Positions 59,634-64,000 of a DNA stretch of 64,000 bases are shown in pieces. The stretch is from Longimicrobiales bacterium (GTDB lineage: Bacteria > Gemmatimonadota > Gemmatimonadetes > Longimicrobiales > Gaopeijiaceae), in contig CBDANQ010000057.1 in NCBI GenBank assembly GCA_965197725.1, positions 32,001 to 96,000 on the forward strand. Reading direction: 5' to 3'. Under the pieces are notes generated by a model that saw only the letters and a program-made list of their open reading frames with translations, ran no database searches and was not told where the DNA came from. How positions within the stretch are numbered: position 1 is the stretch's first letter; the number at the start of each line of letters is the position of its first letter. The translations under genes were made by a program, and so were the position numbers.

Positions 59634-60718
59634 TGCCACTGACGGGGCGAATCCCGGTCGCGGTGCTCGGCGCCACTGGCAGTGTAGGACAGCGGATGCT
59701 GGCGTTGCTCGACGGGCACCCGTGGTTCCGATTGGGCTCGGTAACGGCCTCCGAACGATCTGCCGGGCGTGTTTACGACGAAGCGGCACGGTGGGTCCTC
59801 CCGACGCCGATTCCCGAGGAAGTCGCGGGCATGGAGGTGCGCGCGACGGGTCCGGCGCTGGAGGAGGGACTGCTCTTCTCCGCGCTCGACGCGTCGGTTG
59901 CCGGGTCGGTCGAGACCGAATACGCGGAGCAGGGTCACGTGGTGGTGTCGAACGCCCGGAACCACCGCATGGACCCGGACGTGCCGTTGCTCGTGCCCGA
60001 GGTCAACCCGGATCATCTGGATCTGGTGGCGCGCCAGTCGTTCGGAGGCGGAGCAATCATCGCCAACCCGAACTGCTCCACGATCGGCATGGTGCTCGCG
60101 CTGGCGCCGCTTCACCAGGCGTTCGGCGTAGAGCGCGTGAACGTGGTCACGCTACAAGCGATCTCCGGCGCCGGCATTCCAGGCGTCGCTAGCCTCCAGA
60201 TCATAGACAACGTCGTCCCCTTCATTTCCGGTGAAGAAGAGAAGCTGGAGACCGAGCCTTTGAAGATCCTCGGCGAGCTGGCGGACGGGCTCGTCGCGCC
60301 CGCGCCGCTGACGGTGAGCGCCCAGTGTAACCGGGTGCCTGTGGTGGACGGCCACACGCTGTGTATTTCGGTCGAGCTCGGGCGCGCGGTCAGCGCAGAG
60401 GCGATCATCGACGCGTGGGATTCGTTCCGAGGCGAGCCGACCGCGCTGGGACTCCCGTCCGCTCCTACGCGTCCCGTCGTCTATGTCGATCAGCCCGACC
60501 AGCCTCAGCCTCGGATGCATCGAGATCTCGCGAGTGGCATGGCGGTGGCGGTCGGAAGGCTTCGCCCTTGCCCCTTGCTCGATTGGAAGTTCGTGACGAC
60601 TTCGCACAACACGGTCCGTGGAGCTGCGGGCGGTGCGCTGCTGTGTGCGGAACTGGCGGGGGCGCGGCGCGCGGTGGAGGGTCTTCGTGGCTTTGGAGGC
60701 GGCCTGCCTGGGCCCTAG
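59630..60718 (+). CDS. asd: Aspartate-semialdehyde dehydrogenase
   Basis: GATGSVG, NPNCST, QAISGAG, CNRVPVVDGH, HNTVRGAAG. Confidence 0.95.
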   Translation: MMPLTGRIPVAVLGATGSVGQRMLALLDGHPWFRLGSVTASERSAGRVYDEAARWVLPTPIPEEVAGMEVRATGPALEEGLLFSALDASVAGSVETEYAEQGHVVVSNARNHRMDPDVPLLVPEVNPDHLDLVARQSFGGGAIIANPNCSTIGMVLALAPLHQAFGVERVNVVTLQAISGAGIPGVASLQIIDNVVPFISGEEEKLETEPLKILGELADGLVAPAPLTVSAQCNRVPVVDGHTLCISVELGRAVSAEAIIDAWDSFRGEPTALGLPSAPTRPVVYVDQPDQPQPRMHRDLASGMAVAVGRLRPCPLLDWKFVTTSHNTVRGAAGGALLCAELAGARRAVEGLRGFGGGLPGP

Positions 60719-60720
60719 GG

Positions 60721-60806
60721 ATGACCCGGCTCGGAGTCTCAGCGAGGTGCGCGTCTACAGCCGCTCGGCGGCGAAGCGAGCTCGATTCGTCGAGCGCGCC
60801 TCGCGC
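60721..60806 (+). pseudogene. Ornithine cyclodeaminase-like scrap
   Basis: LSEVRVYSRSAAKRARFVER. Confidence 0.45.
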
Positions 60807-60879
60807 GCTATTTCGGGTACTCCTGGAGAGTCTGCTCAGCAAGGTCACCTGGCAGGAAGCGCTGGCGCGCGCCTGCGCC

Positions 60880-60936
60880 GATCCGAACCAAGAGCACAGT
60901 CTTTCCAACGCCTCGCAGCCCCAACAGGAGCCCTTC
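60880..60936 (-). pseudogene. AAA ATPase Walker A scrap
   Basis: LLLGLRGVGKTVLL. Confidence 0.6.
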
Positions 60937-60949
60937 GGGAGGCTGCAGC

Positions 60950-61504
60950 TCAGGCGCCCTCGAACTCACACAGCGCGAAGCAATCACAGCCGAGGGCGCG
61001 GAGTCGGTCCGCACCTCCCAGGTCGGGCAGATCGATGACGAAGCAGGCCTCGACTACGGTGCCGCCTACTCCTCGGATCAGCTCGAGCGCTGCCGACGCG
61101 GTGCCTCCCGTGGCGATCAGGTCGTCAACGAGCAGAACGTCGTCTCCCTCCGAGATCGCGTGCGCGTGCATCTCCATGCGGTCGGTCCCGTATTCGAGCT
61201 GGTAGTCCGCGCCAACGACTTCACCCGGCAGCTTGCCGGCTTTGCGAATGGGGATGAAACCGACCCCCAGCTGATAGGCGACGGCGGTGCCGAACATGAA
61301 CCCCCGAGCCTCGATCCCCGCAACGAGGTCGATGCCCGCACCGGTATACCGCTGCACCATGCTGTCCACCGCCGTACGCAACCCGCTCGCGTTCTCCAGG
61401 AGCCCGGTCACGTCTCGGAAGAGAATGCCATCGTGAGGGTAGTCCCGGACGGTGCGGATGTAGGACTTGATCGAGCCTCGCGGCGGTTCGGGCGGGCGTG
61501 GCAT
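60950..61504 (-). CDS. apt: Adenine phosphoribosyltransferase
   Basis: GIEARGF, RKAGKLP, LEYG, VDDLIATGGT. Confidence 0.95.
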   Translation of the reverse strand: MPRPPEPPRGSIKSYIRTVRDYPHDGILFRDVTGLLENASGLRTAVDSMVQRYTGAGIDLVAGIEARGFMFGTAVAYQLGVGFIPIRKAGKLPGEVVGADYQLEYGTDRMEMHAHAISEGDDVLLVDDLIATGGTASAALELIRGVGGTVVEACFVIDLPDLGGADRLRALGCDCFALCEFEGA

Positions 61505-62130
61505 CAGGCCACGGGCCCCGCGTGACCGTGATGCCGGTGATCGCGACGGCCCTGATGAAAGACCACGTGCACGAGGGCGCCGCTCACGAACGCCTGGTAG
61601 TACTCGACGCCGGTTCCGTGCTGGCCGCTATCCAGGCCAGCGGCGAGCAGGTACCCGGCCAGGGTTGCGAGCACGATGGTCGCGACGCCCGCAACGCTGG
61701 CCCACGTGCCATGCCGAGGCCGGATGAGCCACCAAATGACCAGGCTGACCGGGATGCGGTGCAGGATCAGGGCAAGCCCGAACGCCAAACCAACCGTGCC
61801 TCCGGGCCCAAAGGCGGCCCCTTCCAGAAGCGCGTGCAGAGCCAGACCGGAGAGGACCAGGATGATGGCGAAGTTGTCGGTGTGCGCCTCGAACACGTGT
61901 GACGCTCGTTCGCACAGGTTGGGCAGGAGTAGGCCCGCCACTACGACCAGAGGCACGACGAAGCTGCGATCTTCCCATGCGAACGGAATGATCTGCCATG
62001 CCACGAGCAGCGGTACAGCCAGATAGACGAAACCGTCAACCAGGCGTACGGCCTTGGGGTGTGCGTGGAGGCGCCCATAGAGCGCCGGCCCGATCGCGGG
62101 TGTTGCGAGTGCGGCGACGAGGAACAGCAT
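61504..62130 (-). CDS. ZIP-like metal-transport membrane protein
   Basis: About 7 TMs; LHALLEG and LHRIP motifs; His-rich C-tail. Confidence 0.65.
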   Translation of the reverse strand: MLFLVAALATPAIGPALYGRLHAHPKAVRLVDGFVYLAVPLLVAWQIIPFAWEDRSFVVPLVVVAGLLLPNLCERASHVFEAHTDNFAIILVLSGLALHALLEGAAFGPGGTVGLAFGLALILHRIPVSLVIWWLIRPRHGTWASVAGVATIVLATLAGYLLAAGLDSGQHGTGVEYYQAFVSGALVHVVFHQGRRDHRHHGHAGPVA

Positions 62131-62263
62131 GCGAGAAGATGGCCAGGACGAGCGCCGGCTGCGAGGCCTCCCGATCGGAACGCGTGGGCCCCTGCGGGCG
62201 TGATTGGACAGCAAGCCGGAAGTCGAGAACGGCCGGCCCTTGCGCCCGCCGGCACGTTGTCCA

Positions 62264-62283
62264 AATTTAGGCACGCCTAAATT
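62264..62283. promoter_or_regulatory. DtxR-family operator palindrome AATTTAGGC-AC-GCCTAAATT
   Basis: Perfect 9-bp arms with the TTAGG..CCTAA core, 51 bp upstream of a DtxR-family gene. Confidence 0.85.
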
Positions 62284-62334
62284 AGGCGGAGCGGCCTCCG
62301 GCTCTGCCTCCGTCCACCCAAGTCCGTCGGCCGT

Positions 62335-63375
62335 ATGGTCAATCCCGCTCTCGCACTCTCTGTCTTCGCGCTGCTGGTCGCGGTTCTCGCGCTCGTCTTC
62401 TGGCCGCGACGGGGCGTGTACACGCGATTCGCACACGTGGCGCTGCTGACGGAGCGTGTCCGTCTCGAGGACGCGCTCAAGCACGTGTACATGTGGGAGC
62501 AGGCTGGCCGGGTCAGCACCCTCGAGAGCCTTGCTGGGCGTCTCGAGATCTCGAGGGCTAGGGCCGCCACGCTGCTGCAGCGCCTCACTGAGCTGGGTCT
62601 GATCCGCACCGATGATGAAGGTCCCGCGCTATCTGAGGATGGACGCGAGGAGGCGCTGCGGCTCGTTCGCACGCACCGTCTTTGGGAGCGCTACCTCGCG
62701 GACCGGACTGGTGTGCCCGCGACCGAGTGGCACGATGAAGCCGAGCGCGTGGAGCACAGCCTCTCCGCGGAGCAGGCGGAGGCGCTCTCCGCTCGGCTCG
62801 GACACCCGCGCTGGGACCCACACGGCGATCCGATTCCGACACCGAGTGGTGACTTGCCGGAAGTTGAGCGGCTGAGCCTCGCGGGAGCGCCCGCCGGGCG
62901 TACGGTCGAAGTAGTGCACCTCGAGGACGAACCGCCAGAGATTTTCGACGCGCTGCTCACCCAGGGTCTCAATCTCGGCGGGCGGCTCGCTGTCGTGGCA
63001 CGCGACGACCGACGCGTGCGCATCGCCACCGGCGGCCGCGAGTGGTCCGTCGATCTTGTCGACGCACGCAACGTGACGGTGCGCGTGCTCGCCGAGGGCG
63101 AGACCGCCGAGGGCCCCTCGGAGACGCTGGCCGACCTCGCGCCCGGTGAAGTGGGTCGGGTCCTGGACCTCTCCGCGGCGTGCCGCGGACAGCAGCGTCG
63201 GCGGCTGCTCGACCTCGGGGTAGTGAAGGGAACGGAGATCACGGCCGAGATGGTGAGCGCTTCGGGCGACCCTGTGGCCTACCTCATTCGCGGTGCGTTG
63301 ATCGCCTTACGGCGTGGCCAGGCCGAGTGGGTCTTGATCGACCGTGTCCGGACCTCAGCGGAGGTCGCTTCCTGA
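62335..63375 (+). CDS. DtxR/MntR-family metalloregulator with N-terminal TM helix and two C-terminal FeoA domains
   Basis: EDALKH, w[28 protein letters not shown]; Feo[24 protein letters not shown]. Confidence 0.92.
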   Translation: MVNPALALSVFALLVAVLALVFWPRRGVYTRFAHVALLTERVRLEDALKHVYMWEQAGRVSTLESLAGRLEISRARAATLLQRLTELGLIRTDDEGPALSEDGREEALRLVRTHRLWERYLADRTGVPATEWHDEAERVEHSLSAEQAEALSARLGHPRWDPHGDPIPTPSGDLPEVERLSLAGAPAGRTVEVVHLEDEPPEIFDALLTQGLNLGGRLAVVARDDRRVRIATGGREWSVDLVDARNVTVRVLAEGETAEGPSETLADLAPGEVGRVLDLSAACRGQQRRRLLDLGVVKGTEITAEMVSASGDPVAYLIRGALIALRRGQAEWVLIDRVRTSAEVAS

Positions 63376-64000
63376 TGCCCACGCTCGCTGCCAGCTCGTG
63401 TGGTTCCTGCGCCCAACATCGCGCGCAGAGCCTCGTTCGGCTGGGTCTCAGCCCTGACAAGTGGGACTATCTGATCGCGCTGGCTGGCAACCCCAACGTC
63501 GGCAAGAGCACGGTTTTCAACGCGCTGACGGGGCTGCGTCAGCACACTGGAAACTGGCCCGGTAAGACGGTGGTTCGGGCAGAAGGTGTGTTCGCCTACG
63601 AGGGGGATCGCATAAAGGTCGTCGACCTTCCGGGCACGTACTCGCTGCAGGCCGGAAGCGTCGACGAGGAAGTGGCCCGGGACTTCGTACTGTTCGGTCG
63701 GCCGGACGTCACCGTCGTTGTCGTGGATGCTACGCGCCTCGAGCGCAACCTCAATCTCGTGCTCCAGATCAGGGAGATCACCGACAGGGTGGTGGTATTT
63801 CTCAACCTCACCGACGAGGCCCGCCGGCACGGGATCGCGATCGACGCCAAGAAGCTCGAAAATGAGCTGGGCGTGCCGGTTGTGCAGGGTGTGGCACGAG
63901 AGCGCCTCGGAATCGATGAGCTGCTCGAAGCGGTCCACGAAGTCGCGACAGGTGCTCGTTGCGGGCAGCAGATCCACATCGCGCGGCATGCACCGCGAGT
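63375..64000 (+). CDS. feoB: FeoB GTPase domain (runs off the window end)
   Basis: TGATG coupling; [35 protein letters not shown]. Confidence 0.93.
   Translation, partial: MPTLAASSCGSCAQHRAQSLVRLGLSPDKWDYLIALAGNPNVGKSTVFNALTGLRQHTGNWPGKTVVRAEGVFAYEGDRIKVVDLPGTYSLQAGSVDEEVARDFVLFGRPDVTVVVVDATRLERNLNLVLQIREITDRVVVFLNLTDEARRHGIAIDAKKLENELGVPVVQGVARERLGIDELLEAVHEVATGARCGQQIHIARHAPR

Noticed and set aside
62131..62484. Long N-terminal extension of the ZIP-like ORF
   Set aside because: Crosses the operator and overlaps the divergent regulator gene; composition is not protein-like
1..64000. CRISPR array, cas, reverse transcriptase or TnpB/IscB genes
   Set aside because: No regularly spaced repeats or diagnostic motifs seen by eye

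Overview
GC-rich bacterial chromosomal segment. Gene content (TolB_N-TPR receptor, PD40/M28 pair, NatB-CPBP fusion, ECF/ZAS pair) suggests Gemmatimonadota; this is inference and was not tested. Core genes include korAB, ggt, a GyrA/ParC-family subunit, queE, queG, thrA, asd, apt and a DtxR-FeoA-FeoA/feoB locus. Two IS-damaged accessory zones interrupt them. (1) 3.9-11.3 kb: an IS256 element, then an orphan peptide-export operon (ABC permease, IS-split ABC ATPase, C39 peptidase ABC transporter, Yip1-like protein). (2) 27.2-39.2 kb: a decayed island with an IS30 nested in an IS3, DUF2326 and IS110 remnants, a tRNA-Ile 3'-half att site with arm-type repeats, a truncated IS21 and a 2.16-kb IS-associated tandem duplication. 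One 1495-bp IS1182-like element occurs in four near-identical copies, targets CTAG, and takes its transposase stop codon from the target. Many intergenic spaces hold short scraps of deleted genes. About a dozen single-base frameshifts in short base runs look like long-read consensus errors. The strongest candidate for an undescribed system is a membrane-anchored Mn-type DtxR-FeoA-FeoA regulator with a perfect operator palindrome, coupled to a FeoB with an N-terminal CxxCxxH and a divergent ZIP-like gene. No CRISPR array, rRNA or intact tRNA was seen.
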